NCBI GenBank assembly: GCA_963765785.1
Contig: CAVXXW010000010.1
Span: forward strand, 6,024-70,023
DNA length: 64,000 nt
Source of the DNA: an uncultured Actinomycetes bacterium
GTDB lineage: Bacteria; Actinomycetota; Thermoleophilia; Gaiellales; Gaiellaceae
Direction of reading: 5' to 3'
Positions within the stretch are counted from its first letter, which is position 1. The number at the start of each line of letters is the position of its first letter. The notes under the pieces were generated by a model. That model saw nothing but the letters and a program-made list of their open reading frames with translations. It ran no database searches and was not told the origin of the DNA. Positions 50,364-60,856 of the stretch are shown here, piece after piece. The position numbers were made by a program, and so were the translations under genes.

Positions 50364-51026
50364 CTACGCAACCCGGACTACGAAGAACGCGACGGCCACG
50401 TATTGGCAGGCGAGCGCAACGATCGTGAGCGCGTGGAAAAGCTCGTGGTAACCGAAGACCCGCGGCAGTGGATCTGGTTTCTTCATCCCGTAGACAACAG
50501 CACCCGCGGTGTAGGCGAGGCCACCGGCGGCGAGGAGGATGACAGCGGCGATTCCTTCGCGGTGCACGAATTGCGGTAAGACGATGACGCCGACCCAACC
50601 GAGCACTAGGCCTAGTAGGGCCGACAACCATCTGGGAGCGGCAACCCAGCAGAACTTGGAGAGCGCCGCCGCGATTGCGCCTGACCAGACGACGGCCAGC
50701 ACAGTTGTCCTCCAGGCGCCGCTAAGGCTGATCAGCGCGACTGGCGTGTAAGTGCCCGCGATCAGCAGGAAGATCCCGGCGTGGTCGGCGCGTCGCATCC
50801 ACCGTCGCGCGCTGGGGCTCCAGGTGATGCGGTGGTAGAGAGTGCTCGTTCCGAGCATCAAGGCCGCCGAAGCTGCGAAGACGCTGGCGGGTAGAACACG
50901 TGATTCGCGCGAGAACGCGACCAGCAGGACGCCAACCACGAGGGAGGCAGCAAAGGCGACCCCGTGAAGTGCGCCGCGTAGCAGCGGACGCTCGATAGCG
51001 ACCGGTGGCTCGGGGGCGAGTTGCAT
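50364..51026 (-). CDS. hemolysin III / PAQR-family membrane protein
   Basis: 7-TM pattern with LYHR, RRADHAGIFLLIAGTYTP and ELFHAL motifs. Confidence 0.85.
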   Translation of the reverse strand: MQLAPEPPVAIERPLLRGALHGVAFAASLVVGVLLVAFSRESRVLPASVFAASAALMLGTSTLYHRITWSPSARRWMRRADHAGIFLLIAGTYTPVALISLSGAWRTTVLAVVWSGAIAAALSKFCWVAAPRWLSALLGLVLGWVGVIVLPQFVHREGIAAVILLAAGGLAYTAGAVVYGMKKPDPLPRVFGYHELFHALTIVALACQYVAVAFFVVRVA

Positions 51027-51082
51027 GTCTTAAGGCTAGTGAGGCACCGTGGTCGTCGCCACGAGGGTGAATAACCCTGGGC

Positions 51083-51113
51083 TGGGCCAGTGTTCGGGAA
51101 TGACCCCCTGAGG
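51083..51113 (+). repeat. intergenic motif, copy 3
   Basis: TGGGCCAGTGTTCGGGAATGACCCCCTGAGG. Confidence 0.75.
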
Positions 51114-51128
51114 CCGTTCTCGCCTCGC

Positions 51129-51541
51129 TCAGCGGCGGCCTGTCAGTCGCGCGTGCGGGTGTTGTGCGCGGATGTTGGTCAGCGCGAGGTTGGCGGCGGT
51201 TCGGGGTAGGAACTCGTACGTGGAGAAGCGGGTGATGTTGCCGTCGACCCGTATCTCGACCGGGTAGTAGGTCCTGGGATCGACATAGGCGTCGATCACG
51301 ACGACGTTCCCGCGCGGCTCCCCGATGGCGACTCGCGCTGTGCCCGTCGCGAGGAAGTTGCGACCGGCTCGACTCGAGCAGGGTGTGGTGACGATCATCA
51401 CCTCTCCCAGTAGAAGGACAGCGGGACGAGGTAGGGCCGTCCGGCACTGGTCGCGGTCGCGACCCAGGCGTCCACCTCGGTCCGCAACGCCTCCAGCGTG
51501 TCCTTGACCCGCTGGATGGCGGCGCTGGCGTGAGGTGTCAT
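51129..51541 (-). pseudogene. PPOX-class (pyridoxamine 5'-phosphate oxidase-like / F420-type) protein with a -1 frame break
   Basis: MTPHASAAIQRVKDTLEALRTEVDAWVATATSAGRPYLVPLSFYW, then a shift in a G-run (about 51406-51408), then GEVMIVTTPCSSRAGRNFLATGTARVAIGEPRGNVVVIDAY...; length 413 nt (3n+2). Confidence 0.6.
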
Positions 51542-52631
51542 GCTGCCGGTGGCTCCTCGAAGGCGGCGCATGAGGCAAACTCCAACGTTGGATCTCCAGC
51601 CGGAGCGGGATCCGCTGGCGACGATCGCCGTCTCGGCTGCACCGGTCGTGCTCGAGGGTCGCTATCGGCTGCTGATGCGAGCGCTCTGGCAGCTTCGACA
51701 CTCACGGAGGACGCGTTGGGGATTCGGCCTGGGGTCGGTTGCCGTCATGCTCGTGCTCGCGCTCTTGGCTGTCCGTCATTTTGCGACCACTTCCTGGCCG
51801 CTTTCGCACGGCCAGCCAGGCTCGCTCGTGGCAGCGGGGCTGCTGCTTCTTCTCGCCCAGGCGCTCAAGGCATTCGGGTGGGGACGGCTGTTTACGAGCC
51901 GTGAGCGGCCCTCTGCGTTCGCGCTTCTTGCTGGCAACGGCGGCGCGGCGCTGATCGGTGTCGTGCTTCCGGGCCGCTTTGACGATGCGATGAGGATCGC
52001 GGTGGTGCGCCGCTACCCAGGGTGCCCTGCCGGTCTGCGGGCAATCAGCCTCTCGCTGGTCATGCTCGGACTGATCGATAGCGCCGCGCTGGCGCCGCTC
52101 GCCGCCGTCGCCGTTGCCTTTCCATCAGCCGGGCTCGCTGCACGCGCCGCGCTCGCATTGGTAGCGGCCGCCGGGGTCGCTGCCGCCGCAGTGATCGTGG
52201 CCCTGCCACGACTCGCCGAGAGTAAGCGCGCCCTACGCTTCCGGCTCGGCCGCTGGTTGAGCCCGCGCACGACTTCGCTGTACCGCGCCATACAGGCGTG
52301 GGCGTTCGTCTTCGGCTGCTGGCTCCTCCGCGGAGTCGCGTTCTTCATCCTCCTCGGCACGCTCGGACTGGGTTACTCGCTCCCACTCGCGCTTCTCTTT
52401 CTCTGCGCCGGCGCAGCCGCGGCGGCGCTGCCGATCGGGCCAGCGGGCGCAGCCACCCAGGCCGGTGCGGGAACCGCCGCCCTGGCTGCCGCGGGCATCG
52501 GAGCGTCGCAGGCGCTTGCTGCGTCTGTCTCGGTCGGCGCGCTCGGAGTCTTCTCCGGAGCAGCCGTTCTGCTCTTCGCCTTTGCTTGGCGGACCGGTCA
52601 GACGCTGCTTTCTGCCCGGACCACAGCCTAG
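51540..52631 (+). CDS. polytopic membrane protein (UPF0104 / lysyl-PG synthase TM-region-like)
   Basis: Multiple TM segments, Ala/Leu/Gly-rich; start position uncertain. Confidence 0.6.
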   Translation: MLPVAPRRRRMRQTPTLDLQPERDPLATIAVSAAPVVLEGRYRLLMRALWQLRHSRRTRWGFGLGSVAVMLVLALLAVRHFATTSWPLSHGQPGSLVAAGLLLLLAQALKAFGWGRLFTSRERPSAFALLAGNGGAALIGVVLPGRFDDAMRIAVVRRYPGCPAGLRAISLSLVMLGLIDSAALAPLAAVAVAFPSAGLAARAALALVAAAGVAAAAVIVALPRLAESKRALRFRLGRWLSPRTTSLYRAIQAWAFVFGCWLLRGVAFFILLGTLGLGYSLPLALLFLCAGAAAAALPIGPAGAATQAGAGTAALAAAGIGASQALAASVSVGALGVFSGAAVLLFAFAWRTGQTLLSARTTA

Positions 52632-52821
52632 TCGCCCTCGCACCACGGATCTGCCGCCGGGCTCGACGGATCGGCGCTCGACCGACGTGGGCGGGAAAGA
52701 AGCCAGACCGGAAAAGCGGGAGGCGGCCGACCGGGCCGCCTCCCTTTGTGCTCGAGGCGCCGTGCAGTGGAAGAGCATCGGACTCGTTGCAGGCACACCG
52801 TGGCGCTGAGTTCCTGCGGCG

Positions 52822-53610
52822 CTAGATGGCGTGCAGTGCGGCGAGTCGTGCGAGGGTCGCGCGAGCCTCGTTCGGCGCACGCACTGCCGGCAGAGGTTGT
52901 TCCTCGAATGACATGTCCGGGCGGAACGCGTCCCGCCCGACGATCCGTCCGTCGTTCACCGCGAGCACGGATCCCTCACGCACCTCGCGCTTACGGAGCT
53001 TGACGGACGAATACTCCTCGACCAAGTCCAGCGCGGCGCGCGTCGACGCGAAGAAGAGCTCCTGCGTCGAGGTGCCGATCCACAGCGGCCGGCCCATCCC
53101 ACGGGCAAGCAGCAGCTCCTCCCGGCCTTCGTCCAGCCAGGCCGTCGCCATCGAGCCGACCAGCCGCTCGAGCGCGACGGCGGTGCGTCCCCGAAACTGC
53201 TCGGCGAGCGCGAAGATCAGCTCGGAGTCGACGGTCATGCTGGGCTCGGCACGCGTGATGCCGTGGGCTGCGAACAGCTCGTCGTCGTTGGCGATGGTGC
53301 CGTTGTGTATCCCGACGACCGCTCCGTGGCGGATCGGATGGTTGTTGGCCAGGACACGCGGATGACCCTTTGTGCAGTCCCGGACGTGCACGAGGAGCTG
53401 TGTAGCGGTTTGGGGCACCTCGATGCGGTCGAGGAACTCGCTTGCGCCCGTGCGCTGCTTGTGCACCGTGACCTTCGAGTCGTCACCGCGGTAGGCGAAG
53501 CCCACTGAGTCCGCCCCGCGCTCGGCGATGCCTGCGAGTAGTGCGCGGGTCGCCACCGTCCGATCGACGGTGCTCTCGAGAGAGAAGCTGTATCCGGCGA
53601 TCCCGCACAC
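52822..53610 (-). CDS. class II (Ntn) glutamine amidotransferase domain protein
   Basis: N-terminal MCGIAGY nucleophile Cys2; HNGTIAN motif. Confidence 0.8.
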   Translation of the reverse strand: MCGIAGYSFSLESTVDRTVATRALLAGIAERGADSVGFAYRGDDSKVTVHKQRTGASEFLDRIEVPQTATQLLVHVRDCTKGHPRVLANNHPIRHGAVVGIHNGTIANDDELFAAHGITRAEPSMTVDSELIFALAEQFRGRTAVALERLVGSMATAWLDEGREELLLARGMGRPLWIGTSTQELFFASTRAALDLVEEYSSVKLRKREVREGSVLAVNDGRIVGRDAFRPDMSFEEQPLPAVRAPNEARATLARLAALHAI

Positions 53611-53848
53611 GAGCCGACCTACCAGTTCTCTTCGGTCGGGCGGTGGAGCGTGCCCTGTCCCGGCCGCGGAAAGGAAACGGTCGAGGAGGCGATTTCGCCG
53701 GAGGGGAGTGACACTGGATTCAGTGTCGCGTCAAGGGAGGCGCCATTCTTGCGGAGGGACGCGGTCGTTGTGATCGCTCTCATCAGATCCCGCTCGCGCC
53801 GCAGAGGGCCCGCGGTTTGCGGACCCTCGCTGCGTCGAGCCGGTGGCT

Positions 53849-54160
53849 TTATGCCCGGACGAAACCGTTCTTGTGGACGATTACCTCTCCGTCCGTGATC
53901 TTCGGCGGATTCGGAAGTGCCGTCTCCAGCTTCTCCTCGCGCACCCAGTTGGATGCGACGCGGGTCGACTCGTCGGCCTGCGCCGAAGTGTCGAACAAGC
54001 CGATTGAGCTCATGACGCCGTTGCCGGCCTCGATGAGGTAGTAGCCCTCGAAGCCCGGCAGGTTGCTCAGGCGGGGGAGCAGGGTCTCGTCGACCTTCTT
54101 CGTCAGCTCATCGGTGCGACTCTGGTCGACACCCTCATAGCGTCTAACGGTGGCATGCAT
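53849..54160 (-). CDS. ABM-like / dimeric alpha-beta barrel protein
   Basis: MHATVRRYEGVD...LPGFEGYYLIE...; a truncated paralog lies at 55710. Confidence 0.55.
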   Translation of the reverse strand: MHATVRRYEGVDQSRTDELTKKVDETLLPRLSNLPGFEGYYLIEAGNGVMSSIGLFDTSAQADESTRVASNWVREEKLETALPNPPKITDGEVIVHKNGFVRA

Positions 54161-54313
54161 CTGATGCTCCTGACTGTCACGGTGCTGGATAGAGAACCGG
54201 CTCTTTAGCCCTCCCAGTGCACTCAGGCCCGAATGTGACAGTCGAAGAGGGAATCTCGGAGCCTCGACGGCTTCCGTGTGGGACCTCGCGCACCACTCAC
54301 TCTAGCAGATTTC

Positions 54314-54342
54314 TTGACAACGTAGAGATACAGCTCTACGTT
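54314..54342 (+). promoter_or_regulatory. sigma70-like promoter TTGACA-17-TACGTT overlapped by a perfect 9-bp inverted repeat
   Basis: TTGACA at 54314-54319; AACGTAGAG-atacag-CTCTACGTT at 54319-54342; TAGGAGG RBS before the ATG at 54373. Confidence 0.5.
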
Positions 54343-54372
54343 CTCTTACGTTATCCTTCTTAGGAGGCGGCG

Positions 54373-55023
54373 ATGTGCCCATTCTCGGTCACCCTGCAGA
54401 ACGTCCCGGATCCGGAGCTAGGCCCACTTCTGATTCGGCTCGCACAGGCAGGCTTCCACGACCCGATCATCAAGCCCGTCAGTGCCGATCGCACCTCTGA
54501 CAAGACTGCCGCTCCTGCTGGTAGGGGGACGTCCGATCTCCCAGAGGATTGGCGGCTCGTGCGGGAGCGGGAAGGGCAGTCGTATCGGTGGCCCGATCAG
54601 CGCGAGCACTACTCCCGCTACCGCGTCTTCCTCGGCTCGACGCGCGCCGAAGGCGCCGTTCACATCGGACTCGGCGAGACGATTCGCAAGAACAAGTGGG
54701 GACGCGACCGGAAGTACTTCGTCGCCTTCCTGAGCAGCGGATCCCCGCAGCAGCCGCTGGCCGAGTTCGTTGCAGCTGACGACTACGAGGAGACACGCGA
54801 GCTCGTCGCGGTCATTCGTGGAAGCGACGGGGGCCGGCGTATGTACGGCGCCGGCGACGCCCTTCCCGGCGTCTACCAGGAACGTTTCCGAACTCAGATG
54901 TACAGCGAACGGGTCGTCTTTCCGGGCGTCTGGAACAAGGCTGTCGTGGTCGCAGGCGAGGACGACGAGGCGACGATGCTCAACCACGCCCTGATCCAGG
55001 GCCGACGGCGCTACCGGAGGTAG
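54373..55023 (+). CDS. orphan hypothetical protein (216 aa)
   Basis: Good RBS and promoter; no family recognised. Confidence 0.55.
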   Translation: MCPFSVTLQNVPDPELGPLLIRLAQAGFHDPIIKPVSADRTSDKTAAPAGRGTSDLPEDWRLVREREGQSYRWPDQREHYSRYRVFLGSTRAEGAVHIGLGETIRKNKWGRDRKYFVAFLSSGSPQQPLAEFVAADDYEETRELVAVIRGSDGGRRMYGAGDALPGVYQERFRTQMYSERVVFPGVWNKAVVVAGEDDEATMLNHALIQGRRRYRR

Positions 55024-55065
55024 ACGCGGAGCCGGAAGGCGCTCGCCTGCCGGTGTGGTGTCGCA

Positions 55066-55556
55066 ATGACGCCTGAACTGGTGAGGCCTTCCATCTGGAT
55101 CTGAATGAGGCGGTTCATCTCGACCGCCTACTCGAGCCGGAGCTCCTTCACGATCGGCTCGACGAAGCCGGCGACGATCATCGCCGAGGCTTCGGGCTGG
55201 GACAATCCGCGCGACATGAGGTGGAAGAGCTGTTCGTCTCCGATCTTCGAGACGGTGGCCTCGTGGCCGATGTCCACCTCGTTCTCGTCGATCTCGATGT
55301 ACGGGTAGGTGTCGGAGCGCGAGTCTTCGTCGAGGATCAGCGCGTCGCAGACGACCTTAGACCTGGCGTTGCTGGCGCCCTTGGCTACCTGCAGCAGCCC
55401 TCGGTACCCGGCGCGGCCGCCGGCTTTGGAGATCGACTTCGAGGTAATGAGGGAGGTCGTGTCCGGCGCGACGTGGACGACTTTGCCGCCTGCGTCCTGG
55501 TGCTGGTTCTTCCCGGCGAAGGCGATCGAGAGCACGTCGCTTGTTTGTAACTCTCC
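55066..55556 (-). pseudogene. sufB: C-terminal fragment of Fe-S assembly protein SufB with an in-frame TAG
   Basis: SIAFAGKNQHQDAGGKVVHVAPDTTSLITSKSISKAGGRAGYRGL...HEATVSKIGDEQLFHLMSRGL...IVKELRLE*AVEMNRLIQIQMEG. The N-terminal two-thirds are missing. Confidence 0.75.
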
Positions 55557-55709
55557 GCACAAATATGCTACCCTGTACGAGCGCGTAGACCTAGCGCGGA
55601 AGCCGCCGAGGCTCCGAGACCTTCCTCCTCGACTTACACCCCGGGCCTGAGTGCATTCGGGCGGACGCCTTCCGGGTTCGCACCGCAAGTCAAGTGTGAG
55701 GAGCATCAC

Positions 55710-55888
55710 ATGGTTGCAACGGTCCGCCCCTACGAGGACATCCACAAGGTGCGCTCCGAGGTAGAAACGAGCACGGTGGGCACGCGCCCGCTGCCGGCGT
55801 TGCGCAAGCTGCCGGGATTCAGCGGCTGCTACGTGTTCGATGAAGAGCACGATCCGGAAAATGACGCGAACCGTTCAGGGAGGCTTTC

Positions 55889-55892
<4 letters not shown>
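55710..55892 (+). pseudogene. truncated ABM-like paralog immediately upstream of groES
   Basis: MVATVRPYEDI...LRKLPGFSGCYVFDE resembles 53849..54160 but is only 60 aa; its stop overlaps the groES start. Confidence 0.35.
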
Positions 55893-57885
<1,993 letters not shown>

Positions 57886-57919
57886 CGCGCCGGCCGAGAG
57901 GTTGCGAGAGGAGAAGCTC

Positions 57920-58504
57920 ATGGTCGAGTCGGCACGGAAACACGGCCCCTTCGACGACCGCTATCCCGTTCGGCACAAGCCCCCGGCACCGAGCTGGGAC
58001 CTCGGGCCCGATAGGGAAGGAGGGGAGAGGCTCGAGTGGTCTGCGTTCCTGGCGCGGTTCTTTCCGAACCGACGCCGGCACGACCTCGCGGCACTCGCGG
58101 CGTACGAGGCCTACAGAAACAAGCTCGAGCACGAAACCCCACAGCAGCGCCCGACGACGCGCCGCGCCCTTCCGGGTCGCGGCGATGGTGGATCCCGCAG
58201 TCGTCCGGCAGCCGTGGTGGCGAGCACGCGCGTGCCGGTCGCAGCCTCGTCAGCGGCCGTGCTGACCTGGGAATGGGAGGGTGGCGCTTCAGCAGCGCTC
58301 GCTCAGTCCCTTGCGAGTCTGAGCTTCCGCGAGCGACGCGTGCTCGAGCTCCGCTACGGACTCGACGGATAGGCGCCGGCAACCCTGGAGGACGTCGGCA
58401 AAGTCTTCGGCGTGACGCGGGAGCGCGTCCGGCAGATCGAGAAACACTCCTTGCGGAAGCTGAGCACACTCGCGGAGGTGAAAGACCTCCGCGAGGTCGC
58501 GTGA
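57920..58504 (+). pseudogene. chimeric ORF: unknown N-terminal domain fused to a sigma-70 region-4 HTH interrupted by an in-frame TAG
   Basis: SFRERRVLELRYGLDG-TAG(58370)[30 protein letters not shown]; no sigma regions 2 or 3. Confidence 0.5.
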
Positions 58505-58597
58505 TCGCCCCTGCCTCGAGGGCAGTGCGAAGGCGCAACCCCGCCGTCTCATGACAGCTTCCCGCGCCGGCGCGCGCACAGTTCCATCACCGGCCTA

Positions 58598-59824
58598 CTA
58601 GCGGTTTGCCCCCGAATCGGCGTCGCGGTCGCGCGGAACTCCTCCCTCCCAATCGAGACAGAGCGCAGTGGCGTCGTCGCGCAGCTGGCCACGGCTCGCG
58701 CCGAGAACCTCCTGGGTGAGGTGCTGCACCGCTTCGCGCGGGTGCATGCTCCTACTCGCGGTCAGGATGGCGGAGATATTCACGAGCTCGGCGTCGCGCT
58801 CCAGCATTCCGTCGGTGACGAACATCAGCCGGTCACCCACCTCCAGCGGCAGGGCCTGCACGCAATGGCCGCCCTGGCGCTTCATCCCGAACGGGTGGTC
58901 TACCTGCAACTGGATCTGTTCGACCTGCCCGCCCCGCACTCGGAACGGCGGCGGGTGACCGGCGTTGACTATTCCGGCGGTGGCTGCCGCCAGGTCGATC
59001 CGCACGACCAGGCCGGTGACGAATTGCTCGTCTCCGGCTTGGTCGGCCAGCGCATCGTTAGCGAGCCGCGCCTGCTCCGCGAGGTCGACCCCCCGCCGGC
59101 GCGCATTGCGCAGACCTCCGACCAGCACCGTCGCCAACAGAGCAGCATCCATCGTGTGGCCCATCGCGTCCGTCATCGACAGATGCAGGGTGTCTCGATC
59201 CAGGGAGAAGTCGAAGGTGTCGCCGCCGATCTCACCCGCGGGCTGCAGCCAGGCGGCGAGGGTGAACTGCCCGGCCTCGCACGTGAACGCACCCGGCAAC
59301 AGCCGATGCTGGATCTCGGCCGCGAGCGACAGCGGGACCGACCGCTGGCCCCATTCGAAGAGGTCGGTGTAGCGGCGGTTAGCGATAACCACGTACGCCA
59401 AGAAGTGTGCCGCCAGGGCGACGTCGGCCACCGTCTGCACAGTCGGCAGGTCCTCCAGCGCCAACTCCAGGACACCGACTGCTTCACCGCGGCTGGTGAC
59501 CGGCGCGAACAACCGGGAGCTCCCATCCTCGACCACCACCTCGACCGCCTGGGCGGCCAACGCCCGGCCGTGAGGCGTTCCAACGAGCGGCACCCGCTCC
59601 GCGGTCTCCTTCCCCTGCAAGCGCAGCGCCCCCACTCCCCCCGAGTGACCGAGTCGGATCAGCGACCTGCCGCTGAAATCGGCGATCAGGAAGCTGACCT
59701 CGCGGGCGCCGATCGCAGCCGCCAGCTCGGCGGCGAGCACGTCAACTGCCGCGACCGGCGGAGCCGCCTCGACCGCCGCCAACAGCGCGTTCAAGCTCAC
59801 CTGCGACCGCCGACCCTCATCCAT
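58598..59824 (-). CDS. GAF domain - PP2C (SpoIIE/RsbU-type) serine phosphatase
   Basis: IGGDTFDF, TDAMGH, NAGHPPP and VTDGMLE motifs; start taken at ATG 59824 (the track ORF extends to 60145). Confidence 0.8.
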   Translation of the reverse strand: MDEGRRSQVSLNALLAAVEAAPPVAAVDVLAAELAAAIGAREVSFLIADFSGRSLIRLGHSGGVGALRLQGKETAERVPLVGTPHGRALAAQAVEVVVEDGSSRLFAPVTSRGEAVGVLELALEDLPTVQTVADVALAAHFLAYVVIANRRYTDLFEWGQRSVPLSLAAEIQHRLLPGAFTCEAGQFTLAAWLQPAGEIGGDTFDFSLDRDTLHLSMTDAMGHTMDAALLATVLVGGLRNARRRGVDLAEQARLANDALADQAGDEQFVTGLVVRIDLAAATAGIVNAGHPPPFRVRGGQVEQIQLQVDHPFGMKRQGGHCVQALPLEVGDRLMFVTDGMLERDAELVNISAILTASRSMHPREAVQHLTQEVLGASRGQLRDDATALCLDWEGGVPRDRDADSGANR

Positions 59825-60133
59825 CGCGCCTAACCTAAACGCGCCGACTTGCCATTGCGGTTCTGTCGCCGCGCCAGTCGCAAGAAGCACAGCGTCAATC
59901 GCCTCCGGTGTCGGAGCGTCGAGAAGCCCTTGCTGCCACCATCTCGATCGGCGCTCCGTTGTCTTATCCGGCGCCGCAGTCGGCGGTGTGGCCCTCGCGT
60001 GGTCTACGCAGACCCGGCTGCCTTGGACAGGACTCGGCTGTCTGACACCACGTCTTTTTTCGGGTCTGACGCAACAGGCGGAGGTAAGCTCGCCGGCACC
60101 GAGACGGCAACGGCGCGACGAGGAGGCAAGACG

Positions 60134-60493
60134 ATGGCGTATCACCAGGACATCGGCGAGTGGCAGGGCAAGGACCTGGTCGACCGCGCCGGGGAAAAGA
60201 TCGGCAAGCTCGAGGACGTCTACGTGGACGTCGAGACGAACGAGCCGATGTTTGGCACTGTGAAGGAGGGCCTAATCGGCCGCCACTTGACCTTCGTACC
60301 CCTGGCTGGAATCACGATCGGCCCCGACAACCTGCAGGTGACCGTCGCCAGGGAGCAAGTCAAGACCGCGCCCAACATCGAGCTGCACGGCGACGAGCTC
60401 TCCCCAGAGGACGAGTCGACCCTCTACCACCACTACCAGCTCAACTACACCCCGCCCGACACAGAACGCGGTCGCCGGCTCGCCCGCCGCTGA
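60134..60493 (+). CDS. PRC-barrel domain protein
   Basis: GAGGAGG-N7-ATG at 60134; GKDLVDRAGEKIGKLEDVYVD...MFGTV pattern. Confidence 0.75.
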   Translation: MAYHQDIGEWQGKDLVDRAGEKIGKLEDVYVDVETNEPMFGTVKEGLIGRHLTFVPLAGITIGPDNLQVTVAREQVKTAPNIELHGDELSPEDESTLYHHYQLNYTPPDTERGRRLARR

Positions 60494-60856
60494 ATCACCA
60501 AGAGCGCCACGAGCACCGGACAAGGGCGCTCCGCACGCCAGCTTTGTAGATGCGCCCACCTAGGCGCCAAGGGAACCTGAAGGGAACGTACGTCCGACCC
60601 CGCGCCCAGGCGCGCTCACTCATCTCCGGCGGATCCGTCCGGTTTGCGGGTTCTGCGTCTCCGACGCGCAGGCTCCGGTCGCCTAAAGGTCGACCGCGGA
60701 CGAGTCGCGGTTCGTCAGGCTGCTGCAGGTCGAGGCAGCGTAGGCCAAAATCCGGGGCGCCCGCCTGGGCCAGCGTCCTCTCACCTGGCGGGAAGGCACC
60801 TGGGGTGTCCCGCCCGGCGGCGAGGAGCGGACGCTTGCGCGGATGCCTCCGGGGCA

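Noticed and set aside
49421-51113. Integron attC sites, or MITE/Tn3 terminal inverted repeats, as an explanation for the 30-nt motif
   Set aside because: There are no RYYYAAC/GTTRRRY cores and no integrase. All three copies are in the same orientation with no inverted partner. The GGGG-start resemblance to Tn3 inverted repeats does not extend to the conserved TAAG end at the right distance.
55633-55657. CIRCE (HrcA) operator upstream of groES
   Set aside because: CTTACACC-N8-GAGTGCATT only loosely resembles TTAGCACTC-N9-GAGTGCTAA, and the two arms are not good inverted repeats of each other.
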